DNA from: a virus
IMG/VR virus record: IMGVR_UViG_3300024346_000009
Reading direction: 5' to 3' (one strand)
Length of the DNA: 64,000 nt
A program made the translations under genes and the position numbers. Position 1 is the first letter of the stretch. Every line of letters begins with the position of its first letter. Positions 40,664-50,277 of this stretch are shown piece by piece. The notes under the pieces are model-generated. The model saw only the letters and a list, made by a program, of their open reading frames with translations, was not told the origin of the DNA and searched no databases.

Positions 40664-40966
40664 ATGGCAACAATTACTTTTACAGCAGGTACAACTACAA
40701 CGGTAACGGATTTTACCCTATCCGGTACGGCTGGAAATTTAGTAACGATAAACAGCTCGTCCCAAGGCACCCAGTTTACGCTATCTAAAGCCTCTGGTGC
40801 TGTATCTGTTGATTATATAAGCATTGAAGATAGTAATGCTACAGGGGGCGCAACCTGGGCGGCTGGAGGAAATTCATCCAATGTAAATAATAACTCTGGA
40901 TGGACATTTGGAGCTGCTCCTCCCCCCTCGTACGCGATAACAGGCCAGTTCATGGCATTCTTTTAA
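40664..40966 (+). CDS. Small beta-rich protein, probable detached C-terminal cap of the adhesin
   Basis: ITFTAGTT, SGTAGNL.TI.S, DSNATGGA.W.AG.NS....NN.GW.F, ends FMAFF. Confidence 0.55.
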   Translation: MATITFTAGTTTTVTDFTLSGTAGNLVTINSSSQGTQFTLSKASGAVSVDYISIEDSNATGGATWAAGGNSSNVNNNSGWTFGAAPPPSYAITGQFMAFF

Positions 40967-40983
40967 TTACCAGTCTTATTATC

Positions 40984-40991
40984 TATAAATA
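40984..40991 (+). promoter_or_regulatory. T4-type late promoter
   Basis: TATAAATA upstream of gp13. Confidence 0.8.
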
Positions 40992-41017
40992 TAGCGTGTA
41001 ATTTAGGAAACCAATAA

Positions 41018-41971
41018 ATGTCATCACCATCATCCAGGCAAAATCTCATAGATTACTGCTTTAGAAAACTAGGTCACCCAGTTATTGAAATTAACGTTGA
41101 TGATGACCAGGTTGAAGACCGAATTGATGAAGCATTTCAATATTACCGAGACTTCCACTACGATGCGGTTGAGAAGGTTTATCTGAAAGAACTAATTACC
41201 GCCTCGCTACTTCAAATTGTAGGGGTTAATGCTGCATCTTTTACTAATGGGGAGCTTATTACCGGTGCTACCTCGGGGGCTACTGGATATATACATTCTA
41301 ATATAGCGTCAAACAGAATGTATATCTTTAAGATAACAGGTACATTTACCGTAGGTGAAACATTTACAGGTGCCCAATCCGGTATATCCGCTGTCGTACA
41401 AACTATTACTCTTGGTAATTATGACAATCAGTATATAACTCTTCCTGACTCTGTTATAGGGGTTGAAAGAATATTACAGTTGTCTAACAATATTAACGGT
41501 ACAGGTATGTTTAACGTCCAGTATCAACTGATGTTGAATAATATTCAATCCCTGACAAATACAGACATAATATATTATTCACAACTTAAAACTCACTTAA
41601 ACTTAATTAATGACCTGCTGACAGGTCAGAAGCCTATTAGGTTTAACCGTCATATGAATCGTATGTTCATAGACTTTAACTGGCAAATGGATGTTGAGGT
41701 TGGAGATTACATAATCATTGAAGCGTGGAGAACACTTAACCCTGATGACTACACCGATGTATATAATGATGGGTTCTTAAAGAGGTACTGTACTGCGTTG
41801 ATTAAACAGCAATGGGGTATTAATATGAAGAAGTTTGAAGGAGTACTACTTCCTGGCGGTGTTACCTTAAACGGTCAGAAGATATACGATGAGGCTGTTG
41901 AAGAGCTTGAGATTCTTAAGAAGGAAGTACAGGATACATACATGCTTCCTGTAGACTTTTTTACGGGTTGA
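41018..41971 (+). CDS. gp13: Neck protein gp13
   Basis: LG.PVIEINVDDDQVEDRIDEA, QWG.N..KF.G..LPGGVTLNG. Confidence 0.93.
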   Translation: MSSPSSRQNLIDYCFRKLGHPVIEINVDDDQVEDRIDEAFQYYRDFHYDAVEKVYLKELITASLLQIVGVNAASFTNGELITGATSGATGYIHSNIASNRMYIFKITGTFTVGETFTGAQSGISAVVQTITLGNYDNQYITLPDSVIGVERILQLSNNINGTGMFNVQYQLMLNNIQSLTNTDIIYYSQLKTHLNLINDLLTGQKPIRFNRHMNRMFIDFNWQMDVEVGDYIIIEAWRTLNPDDYTDVYNDGFLKRYCTALIKQQWGINMKKFEGVLLPGGVTLNGQKIYDEAVEELEILKKEVQDTYMLPVDFFTG

Positions 41972-42007
41972 AGGATTTAGATCCTTATCTCACCAACCTA
42001 CCAATGC

Positions 42008-42036
42008 ATTATACATGCAAGGCAATAGAAAATCAA
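42008..42036 (-). promoter_or_regulatory. Antisense sigma70-type promoter
   Basis: Minus strand TTGATT-17 nt-TATAAT in the gp13/gp14 gap. Confidence 0.6.
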
Positions 42037-42053
42037 CGTAGATATTCCAAATA

Positions 42054-42797
42054 ATGAGTACAAATTTTTATTTTCAATCTGGTATACCTGGAGGCAGGTC
42101 ATCCGAACAAAATCTTATAGAAGATTTAATGATCGAGTGCCTGAAAATATACGGGTTTGATACTTTTTATATTCCAAGGGCAGCAGTAGCAGAGGATGAT
42201 ATTCTGGGAGAAGATGCTCTCAATAAGTACGACAGTGCATATGCATTAGAAATGTACATGCAAAACGTAACTGGGTTTGAGGGTGATGGGGATCTGATGT
42301 CCAAGTTTGGGGTTGAAATTCGTGATACAGCTACCTTTTTAGTTTCAAGAAGAAGATGGGATGAGGTTATAGCAAGGTCCGGGGATGCTGTTCTAACAAC
42401 AAGACCGGCAGAGGGTGATATAATTTACTTCCCTCTAACAAAAGCATACTTTGAAATCAAATTTGTTGAGTCAACAGACCCCTTCTTCCAAGTTGGTAAA
42501 CTTTACGTTTATAAACTCCAATGTGAGTTAATGCAGTTCTCTTCAGAGAGATTTAATACCGGTGTATCTGAGATCGATGATATAGCAGCCGGTAAATCTA
42601 TGGATATGAATGAGTATAATGTATTATTTGAGTCAGGCGATAGGTTCTTACTTGAATACTACTCTCCGTCAAGTTTAATTCTACAAAATTATACCATGGA
42701 AGATATTATTCCTAATTCTCAAAACGAGTCATTTACCGGTGAGATTTCGGTTCTAGATTTCTCTGAAACTAACCCGTTTGGTGAAATAAATGCTTAA
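42054..42797 (+). CDS. gp14: Neck protein gp14
   Basis: EQNLIEDL..E...YG, SKFG.EIRD, RP.EGD.IYFP, PFFQ.GK, FSE.NPFG. Confidence 0.93.
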   Translation: MSTNFYFQSGIPGGRSSEQNLIEDLMIECLKIYGFDTFYIPRAAVAEDDILGEDALNKYDSAYALEMYMQNVTGFEGDGDLMSKFGVEIRDTATFLVSRRRWDEVIARSGDAVLTTRPAEGDIIYFPLTKAYFEIKFVESTDPFFQVGKLYVYKLQCELMQFSSERFNTGVSEIDDIAAGKSMDMNEYNVLFESGDRFLLEYYSPSSLILQNYTMEDIIPNSQNESFTGEISVLDFSETNPFGEINA

Positions 42798-43542
42798 TCA
42801 GAAGTTTTACTGGGGTACAGTTCGGAAGTCTATCGTTGCATTTGGTAACCTATTTAACAACATTCACATAGACAGAAGAGATGATGCAGGGACTGTTATT
42901 CAAAGTCTTAAGGTACCTCTATCGTATGCGCCTAAGAACAAGTTTCTGGCTCGTATAGCGGCTCAGCCAGAATCGTTCACACAGAGTTTTCAAACCTATC
43001 TTCCTCGAATAGCTTTTGAGATGACAGGGTTAGCGTATGATCCAGGTAGAAGAATAAGTCTTGTACAACAGAATAGGGCTGCCAACAGTACCTCCACAAC
43101 ACTTAATGCCCAGTACGCGCCTACCCCGTATAATATAAATATGCTTCTATACGTCTATACTAAGAATCAAGATGACGGGTTGCAAATTATAGAACAAATC
43201 TTACCATACTTTAATCCTGACTTTAATCTATCACTCAACGCCATGCCAGCGCTTGGCATTAAAAATGATTTACCTGTAATCTTAGATAGCATTAGTTATG
43301 AGGATGAGTATGAAGGGGATTTTACAGCTAGAAGAGCAATTATATGGACATTATCCTTTACTCTGAAGCTTAACTTCTACGGGCCTATTAATAAACAGAG
43401 TCTTATTAAGACTACAACAGTTAACTCTTTTACGGATTCTGCTCTTTCAAATAAACAACAAACATTTACCTCTTCGGTAGATCCAACTGATGCTGTACCT
43501 GGTGATGATATTAGTACAATTGATTCTTTTGTGGACTTTTAA
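42790..43542 (+). CDS. gp15: Tail sheath stabiliser/completion protein gp15
   Basis: FG.LFNNI, KVPL.Y.PK.KF, LPR..FE, LQI.EQILPYF.P. Confidence 0.93.
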   Translation: MLNQKFYWGTVRKSIVAFGNLFNNIHIDRRDDAGTVIQSLKVPLSYAPKNKFLARIAAQPESFTQSFQTYLPRIAFEMTGLAYDPGRRISLVQQNRAANSTSTTLNAQYAPTPYNINMLLYVYTKNQDDGLQIIEQILPYFNPDFNLSLNAMPALGIKNDLPVILDSISYEDEYEGDFTARRAIIWTLSFTLKLNFYGPINKQSLIKTTTVNSFTDSALSNKQQTFTSSVDPTDAVPGDDISTIDSFVDF

Positions 43543-43973
43543 TGAAATCTTATAATATTCCTATTCCTGAATCAGCCCCGCTTAACGGCCCGGCTTGTAC
43601 AATTACCTGTGTGTCTAATATTTTTATTAAGCAGCTTTTTTATAAAAATACAGGAGACCGGAATGACCCGCACAAGCATCTGCATGATCATGTAACCCTA
43701 TTAGGTGCAGGTGCTGTTGATGTAAGAATTGATGGGGAAGTAACTCATTTTAAAGCCCCTGCAATTATATTTGTATCGGCGGACCAGCTACATTACTTTA
43801 CAGCTACAGAGGATAACACCGTATGTTATTGCATTCATGGAATACGAAGTACCGATGGGTCAGGTGATATATTAGATCCATCTATGATCCCTGCAGGCAC
43901 ACGAACCATGACGGGAACCGGAATCGGACCAAATGGTCGTGTCATTGCTGAATCCATAATTGGTTCAAGATGA
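43542..43973 (+). CDS. Cupin-fold protein inserted between gp15 and gp16
   Basis: H.H.HDHVTLL..G.V.V, AP.II......H.F.A.EDNT..YCIH. Confidence 0.72.
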   Translation: MKSYNIPIPESAPLNGPACTITCVSNIFIKQLFYKNTGDRNDPHKHLHDHVTLLGAGAVDVRIDGEVTHFKAPAIIFVSADQLHYFTATEDNTVCYCIHGIRSTDGSGDILDPSMIPAGTRTMTGTGIGPNGRVIAESIIGSR

Positions 43974-44386
43974 ATTCTTTAAATAAAATAAATGATGTTT
44001 TTAATATCAACACCGACGTTGATATGCCTAATACTACCGCACCGTTGGTTAACTACCAGCCAAAAGAAATTGATCAAGAGGATGACTTCCAGTTAGCCCG
44101 AAATACACTTCGGGGTCTTATAAACAAGAATGAAGACGTATTGACAGAGTTAATTCACATATCCAAGAACTCTGAACATCCTAGGGCCTTTGAGGTTGCC
44201 GGGCAACTTATAAAGACTCAAACCGAAATAGCTAAAGAGTTAGTAGGACTCCATAAGACTAAAAAAGACATTACCAAAGAGACCCCACAAAGTGTCAAGC
44301 AGCAAAATAATATTGTGTTTGCTGGTTCAACCTCTGACCTAATGAAGATGATAAACGGCGAGAAGACAAGAATATCCAATGGATAA
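43970..44386 (+). CDS. gp16: Terminase small subunit gp16
   Basis: SEHPRAFEVA..L.K, NNIVF.GSTSDL.K. Confidence 0.9.
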   Translation: MNSLNKINDVFNINTDVDMPNTTAPLVNYQPKEIDQEDDFQLARNTLRGLINKNEDVLTELIHISKNSEHPRAFEVAGQLIKTQTEIAKELVGLHKTKKDITKETPQSVKQQNNIVFAGSTSDLMKMINGEKTRISNG

Positions 44387-46031
44387 TAATAGCTATAATG
44401 GTAATGCGCTGCTTAAGCCAATTGGCTATAACATGCAGTTTACTACCGATCAGGTTAAAGAGATATTTAAGTGTAAAGACGACCCAATATATTTTATAGA
44501 AAACTATTGCTACATTATATCGTTAGATAGAGGCTTAATTCCCTTCATACTTTATGAGTGCCAAAAAGAAAAAGTAGGTGTTATTATGAATAACCGTAAA
44601 GTTATTCTAATGGAAGGAAGACAACAGGGTAAGACAATTACTTCGGCTGCCTGTATCTTACACTATACTCTATTTCAGTCTAATAAGACAGTGGCTATTC
44701 TTGCTAATAAATCGGCAGCTTCTAGAGAAGTATTATCTCGCTACCAAATTATGTACGAGAACTTACCTCTGTGGATGCAGCAAGGGGTGAAGACATGGAA
44801 CAAGGGTGATGTGGAGTTAGAGAACGGTTCAAAGATCTTTACCTCAGCTACCTCAACCTCTGGTATTCGAGGTAAATCAGTTAACTGGTTGTATATTGAT
44901 GAGGCAGCTATTGTTCCTAATAATGTTGCAGAAGAATTCTTTACCTCTACATACCCAACTATTATGGCTGGAGAAACAACAAAGGTGTTGCTTACCTCCA
45001 CTCCTTTAGGTTATAATCATTTTTGGAAGTTCTGGAATGATGCGGTTGAGGGTAGAAATGGATTTACCCCTATGCAGATTACCTATGATAAAATTCCAGG
45101 TAGAGATGCAAAGTGGGCGGCAGAACAAAAAGCTTTATTGGGTGAACTTAAATTTAACCAAGAAGTGCTTTGTGTATTCCTAGGTTCATCTAATACTTTG
45201 ATTGCAGCGGATACAATAGGTAAGATGTCCTCCAAGAGTTTTGTACACTCTAAGGATGGTTTAGATGTATTGGTAGAGCCTTCACCAGGGCGTATGTACT
45301 TTACAACAGTAGATACGTCAAGGGGTGTTGGAGGGGACTATTCAGCTTTCTGTGTGGTTGACTGTACAGAATATCCATTTACCGTTGTAGCTAAATATAG
45401 AGACAATAAAATTAGCCCGCTGTTGTATCCAACTATTATACACAAGGTTAGTAAAGATTACAACAATGCTTATATTTTAGTTGAAATTAATGATATTGGT
45501 CAACAAGTGGCTGATATTATTCATAACGACTTAGAGTATGAAAATATGATCTGGGTGGGAAGTGATCCAAGGTATGGCCAGGTAATGTCAAGCTCTGGAA
45601 GACACTCAAATTTAGGTGTTAGAACAACCAAACAAATTAAAAGAATAGGCTGTGCTACTCTTAAATCCCTTGTAGAAGGAAATAAGTTACTTGTATTTGA
45701 TAAGGATATTATATCCGAATTTTCAACCTTTATTGAGCACAATGGGACGTTTGAAGCTGATGAGGGTTATCATGATGATTTAACCATGACATTGGTTCTG
45801 TTTGCGTGGGCAACCAACGATGTTATGTTTAAAGATCTAATGAATACAAGTAATAGACAGGCACTTTACAGCTCACAGATTAAGTCCATAGAGGAAGAAT
45901 TGACCCCGTTTGGTTTTATTGATAATGGACTTCCAGAGGAATTACAGCCAGAGGTAATAGATGGGGACTTATGGCTATCGGATAAATATCAAAACGATTT
46001 TAAAGAATTTTTAAAAGAAAAGAGCTGGTAA
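44379..46031 (+). CDS. gp17: Terminase large subunit gp17
   Basis: RQQGKT Walker A, YIDEAA Walker B, STP.G.NHF, DTSRG.G.DYSA, HDDL.M. Confidence 0.96.
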   Translation: MDNNSYNGNALLKPIGYNMQFTTDQVKEIFKCKDDPIYFIENYCYIISLDRGLIPFILYECQKEKVGVIMNNRKVILMEGRQQGKTITSAACILHYTLFQSNKTVAILANKSAASREVLSRYQIMYENLPLWMQQGVKTWNKGDVELENGSKIFTSATSTSGIRGKSVNWLYIDEAAIVPNNVAEEFFTSTYPTIMAGETTKVLLTSTPLGYNHFWKFWNDAVEGRNGFTPMQITYDKIPGRDAKWAAEQKALLGELKFNQEVLCVFLGSSNTLIAADTIGKMSSKSFVHSKDGLDVLVEPSPGRMYFTTVDTSRGVGGDYSAFCVVDCTEYPFTVVAKYRDNKISPLLYPTIIHKVSKDYNNAYILVEINDIGQQVADIIHNDLEYENMIWVGSDPRYGQVMSSSGRHSNLGVRTTKQIKRIGCATLKSLVEGNKLLVFDKDIISEFSTFIEHNGTFEADEGYHDDLTMTLVLFAWATNDVMFKDLMNTSNRQALYSSQIKSIEEELTPFGFIDNGLPEELQPEVIDGDLWLSDKYQNDFKEFLKEKSW

Positions 46032-46050
46032 TTGTACAAAGTTTGATATT

Positions 46051-46058
46051 TATAAATA
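46051..46058 (+). promoter_or_regulatory. T4-type late promoter
   Basis: TATAAATA upstream of gp18. Confidence 0.85.
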
Positions 46059-46108
46059 TACATGTATAAAAATTTGTTATGACAGAATAACATTATAAGG
46101 AGAAAAAG

Positions 46109-47794
46109 ATGGCATTTCAGCTTTCACCAGGAGTTCTGGTAACCGAGAAGGACCTCACATCGGTCGTTCCCGCAGTTGCTACGACAGCCGGCGGCTTTGC
46201 TGGCGCCTTCCAATGGGGACCTGTAGCGCAGGTTACCACAGTAGATTCGGAAAATAATCTCGTATCGAGATTTGGTAAACCAAACGATACGACTTTTCAG
46301 TCGTTTTTTACGGCAGCCAACTTCCTATCTTATGGTAACAACCTACAAGTAATCCGCGTTGTGAATGAGTCAGCAGCAAGAAACGCAAAGGCTACCGCCG
46401 GCGCAACCGCTGTTATAGTAAAAAACGAAGATCACTACAACGCTACGTATTCAGCAGGCGAAGCGGCGGTGGGTGAGTGGTCAGCAAAATACCCAGGCAC
46501 ACTAGGAAACTCAATTAGAGTCTCTATGGCTGACGGTAATACCTTTTCAACATGGGCCTATGCAAGTAACTTTGATGCTGCTCCTAGCACCTCAGCTTAC
46601 GTCTCTGGTGTAGGTGGTTCACACGATGAAGTTCATATTATTGTCGTCGATATAAACGGTCTCTGGACCGGTACTGCAGGCACTGTTCTTGAAAGATTCC
46701 CATTCGCTTCTAAAGCAGTTGATGCTAAACAATCTGATGGTACATCATCCTTTTACAAACAAGTTGTAAATGATCAATCTGAATATGTTTGGTGGATGGA
46801 TCATACAGCAACTGTTGGAGGAGGCACATCATGGGGCTCATCTGCAAATGCTACAGCCTTTGCTAACCTAACGTCTAATGTAACAATGACCCTAACTGGT
46901 GGTGTATCTTCAGATGCTCCTACAGACGGTAACATTACATCTGCTCTTTCAGTATTCGCTAACGATGAATTGTATGATATTTCGTTGATCCCTCTAGGTG
47001 CTGCATCTTCTACTGTAGCTAATTATGCTATCAGCAGTGTTGCTGAAGTAAGAAGAGACGTAATTGTATTTGCATCACCTGAACTGGCCGATGTAGTAAA
47101 TAACGCAGGCGCAGAAGCTACTGATATCGTTACATTCCGCGATTCACTTACATCTAGTTCTTATGCTGTACTTGATTCTGGTTGGAAATATCAATACGAT
47201 AGATACAACGACAAATATCGTTGGATTCCGTTGAATGGTGATACCGCTGGTACTGCTGTTCGTACAGACTTCCAAGCCGATCCTTGGTTCTCACCCGCTG
47301 GTTTCAATCGCGGTCAAATCAAGAACGTTGTTAAGCTTGCCTATTCACCTAGCAAAACCGATCGTGATACACTTTATAAAAAGGGTGTAAATCCAATCGT
47401 TTCGTTCCCAGGTAATGGTGTAGTACTATTCGGTGATAAGACGTTGTTGGCTAAACCTTCAGCATTCGATCGTATTAACGTTCGTAGATTGTTTATTGTG
47501 CTTGAAAAAGCAATTGCAACAGCCGCTAAGTTCCAACTCTTTGAATTCAACGATGGATTTACTAGAGCTCAATTTAGAAATCTTGTCGAGCCGTTCTTAA
47601 GAGATGTACAAGGTCGCCGTGGTATTACCGACTTTAAAGTAGTTTGTGATGAGTCTAATAACACCGGTCAGGTAATTGATCGCAACGAATTCGTTGCTGA
47701 CATCTTCATCAAGCCTGCTCGTGCGATTAACTTCATACAGCTCAACTTTATTGCAACCCGTACCGGTATTTCTTTCGAAGAAGTCGGCGCTTAA
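46109..47794 (+). CDS. gp18: Tail sheath protein gp18
   Basis: SPGV.V.E.D, F.WGP, PW.SPAG..RG, FDRINVRRLF, IKPAR.INFI.LNF.A. Confidence 0.96.
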   Translation: MAFQLSPGVLVTEKDLTSVVPAVATTAGGFAGAFQWGPVAQVTTVDSENNLVSRFGKPNDTTFQSFFTAANFLSYGNNLQVIRVVNESAARNAKATAGATAVIVKNEDHYNATYSAGEAAVGEWSAKYPGTLGNSIRVSMADGNTFSTWAYASNFDAAPSTSAYVSGVGGSHDEVHIIVVDINGLWTGTAGTVLERFPFASKAVDAKQSDGTSSFYKQVVNDQSEYVWWMDHTATVGGGTSWGSSANATAFANLTSNVTMTLTGGVSSDAPTDGNITSALSVFANDELYDISLIPLGAASSTVANYAISSVAEVRRDVIVFASPELADVVNNAGAEATDIVTFRDSLTSSSYAVLDSGWKYQYDRYNDKYRWIPLNGDTAGTAVRTDFQADPWFSPAGFNRGQIKNVVKLAYSPSKTDRDTLYKKGVNPIVSFPGNGVVLFGDKTLLAKPSAFDRINVRRLFIVLEKAIATAAKFQLFEFNDGFTRAQFRNLVEPFLRDVQGRRGITDFKVVCDESNNTGQVIDRNEFVADIFIKPARAINFIQLNFIATRTGISFEEVGA

Positions 47795-47809
47795 TAAAGG
47801 AGAGTAGAA

Positions 47810-48385
47810 ATGACAACTTTTAACGTAGAACGCTTCAAATCAGCGCTAACCAACGGTGGTGTACGCCCTAACCAATTTGCCGTCCAACTTTCATACCCTA
47901 CGTATGTTACTGGCCAGTCAATTGCTGTTGCTCGGTCCCCATTCTTGGTATCTGTAGCTGAGTTACCTGGTCAAACAGTTAACCCTGCTATCATTCAATA
48001 CAGAGGTCGTGAAGTAAAATTCGTCGGCGATCGTGTATTTGCACCATGGACAATTACTGTATTAAATGATTCAGAGATGTCTATTAGAAACGCTGTTGAA
48101 CAGTGGATGGGTGGTATGGAAGATAACGTCTCTAAATTCGGCAGACTACAACCTGCCCAATATCAGCGCGATCTTGACATATTTCAATTGGATAGAAATG
48201 GTAACATTCTAAAGTCTTATAAACTTATGGGTGCATTCCCTGTCGATCTATCACCTGTTGGACTAGACTTTGGGGCTAATGACCAAATCTCTACATTCAC
48301 CTGTACATTCCAATATCAAACCTTTACATCAGCAAGCAACGCGCTGGGTAGTATTGTTAATGTTGGTGGAATTTTTAACAAGTAA
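47810..48385 (+). CDS. gp19: Tail tube protein gp19
   Basis: GG.RPN.F, ELPG, GR..K..GDR.F..W..TV.ND, QLDR.G. Confidence 0.95.
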   Translation: MTTFNVERFKSALTNGGVRPNQFAVQLSYPTYVTGQSIAVARSPFLVSVAELPGQTVNPAIIQYRGREVKFVGDRVFAPWTITVLNDSEMSIRNAVEQWMGGMEDNVSKFGRLQPAQYQRDLDIFQLDRNGNILKSYKLMGAFPVDLSPVGLDFGANDQISTFTCTFQYQTFTSASNALGSIVNVGGIFNK

Positions 48386-48419
48386 TCTGGTAAGTACCTT
48401 AACTACATAAACATACATA

Positions 48420-50024
48420 ATGGCAATTAATCTTTTTGGATTTAAAATTGGGCGTGAAGATAAGCAACAAGAGTTAAAGAGCCAATCCTTTATAACTCCT
48501 GTTGCTGATGATGGTACCTCTACGGTATCTGCTGGTGGATACTTTGGAACATATGTCGATATTGACGCGTCAGCTCGGTCTGAATCCGAGCTGATTTCGC
48601 GTTATCGAGATATTGCTAGCTATCCTGATGTTGATAATGCAATTGAAGAAGTTATTACAGAGGCGATTGCCGCTATTGATAGTGAGGAGCCGGTTAAGTT
48701 AGATCTTGAAAGCTTAAATTTATCAAAAAATATTAAGAATTCTATTAACGCAGAATTTGAAGAAATTTTAAATTTATTAGATTTTAAAGATAAAGCACAC
48801 GACATATTCAGACGTTGGTATGTAGATGGTAGACTATACTATCAAAAAGTCATTAATCCTGCACAGACCAAAAAAGGTATTCAGGAACTAAGATATATTG
48901 ACCCCCGTAAGATTAGAAAAGTACGCGAGGTTAAGAAAGATAAGCTACCTTCTGGGGTAGAGGTTATTAAGTCAATAGATGAGTTTTTCATCTATAATGA
49001 GCGGGGGCTTGCAATCAACCCCGGCTCAGCTCCTAACCCCAGTAATGGGATTAAGATTACGCCAGATACAATTACATTTTGTCCATCTGGTCTCTTAGAC
49101 TTAGACCGTAATGTTGTGATTGGTTATTTAAATAAGGCCATAAAGCCCGTTAACCAATTAAAGATGATGGCAGACTCCTTGGTCATATACAGACTGAGTA
49201 GAGCACCTGAGAGAAGAATATTCTATATTGATGTAGGTAATCTTCCTAAGTTAAAAGCCGAGCAATACATGAAAGACATCATGGCGCGGTATCGCAATAA
49301 GATCATTTATGATTCTACCACAGGTGAGATTAAAGATGATCGTAAATTTATGACCATGCTTGAGGACTTTTGGCTCCCAAGACGTGAAGGCGGTAGGGGT
49401 ACAGAGATTACTACACTACCAGGTGGAGAGAATTTAGGGCAGATTGCTGATATAGAATACTTTCAAAACAAAGTATATCAGGCACTCAATGTACCTACAT
49501 CTAGATTTCAACAGCAGTCAGGTTTTAACTTTGGACGTGCTGCAGAGATTTCTAGAGATGAGTTAAAGTTTGCTAAGTTCATTAGCCGCATACGTAGAAA
49601 ATTTAATTCGTTATTTGATGATCTCTTGCAGACCCAATTAATTCTTAAGGGTATTATTACTGCAGAAGACTGGGATGATATTAAGCCAAAGCTTAACTAC
49701 AAGTATGCTCAGGATCAGTATTACCAGGAGATGAAAGAGGCAGAAAATCTTAGAAATAGATTAGATGTGCTTAATCAAATGACACCTTATGTTGGCGTAT
49801 ACTTCAGTAAGAGTTATGTTCGTAAGAATATCTTAAAATTATCCGATAATGATATTGATCAAATAGAGCAGGAGAATAAAGAAGACCCTCCTGAACTACA
49901 GCCTGGAATGCCAGGTGCTGATCAAGCAATAGCACAACAACAACAAGATGCAGCACAACAACAAGATGCTGCACCACAGGAACAAGACGAGCCAACTGAA
50001 CAAGAAGCTGCCCTGCGCAGATGA
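48420..50024 (+). CDS. gp20: Portal protein gp20
   Basis: FRRWYVDGR, IYRLSRAPERRIFYIDVGNLP, EDFWLPRREGG.GTEI.TLPGG. Confidence 0.97.
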   Translation: MAINLFGFKIGREDKQQELKSQSFITPVADDGTSTVSAGGYFGTYVDIDASARSESELISRYRDIASYPDVDNAIEEVITEAIAAIDSEEPVKLDLESLNLSKNIKNSINAEFEEILNLLDFKDKAHDIFRRWYVDGRLYYQKVINPAQTKKGIQELRYIDPRKIRKVREVKKDKLPSGVEVIKSIDEFFIYNERGLAINPGSAPNPSNGIKITPDTITFCPSGLLDLDRNVVIGYLNKAIKPVNQLKMMADSLVIYRLSRAPERRIFYIDVGNLPKLKAEQYMKDIMARYRNKIIYDSTTGEIKDDRKFMTMLEDFWLPRREGGRGTEITTLPGGENLGQIADIEYFQNKVYQALNVPTSRFQQQSGFNFGRAAEISRDELKFAKFISRIRRKFNSLFDDLLQTQLILKGIITAEDWDDIKPKLNYKYAQDQYYQEMKEAENLRNRLDVLNQMTPYVGVYFSKSYVRKNILKLSDNDIDQIEQENKEDPPELQPGMPGADQAIAQQQQDAAQQQDAAPQEQDEPTEQEAALRR

Positions 50025-50037
50025 GTAAGGTAGCCCT

Positions 50038-50045
50038 TATAAATA
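50038..50045 (+). promoter_or_regulatory. T4-type late promoter
   Basis: Intergenic TATAAATA. Confidence 0.8.
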
Positions 50046-50061
50046 ATAAACGGAGAAAATA

Positions 50062-50268
50062 ATGGATAACACAGAAGCAATTAGCAATATGATAGACGAT
50101 ATCTTAGCGGGTAATAATACCGAGGCTAAAGAGGTGTTTGATAATATTGTTTCAAATAAGATGACTGATGCTCTGGATGTTAGAAAAACAGAATTAGCGC
50201 AAGCAATTTATTCTAATGAAAAAGTAGAAGACGAAGACGAAGTAGAAGACGAAGAAACTTCCAACTAA
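50062..50268 (+). CDS. Prohead core protein, gp67-like
   Basis: Small, acidic tail, immediately after portal. Confidence 0.65.
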   Translation: MDNTEAISNMIDDILAGNNTEAKEVFDNIVSNKMTDALDVRKTELAQAIYSNEKVEDEDEVEDEETSN

Positions 50269-50277
50269 GAGAAAAAA

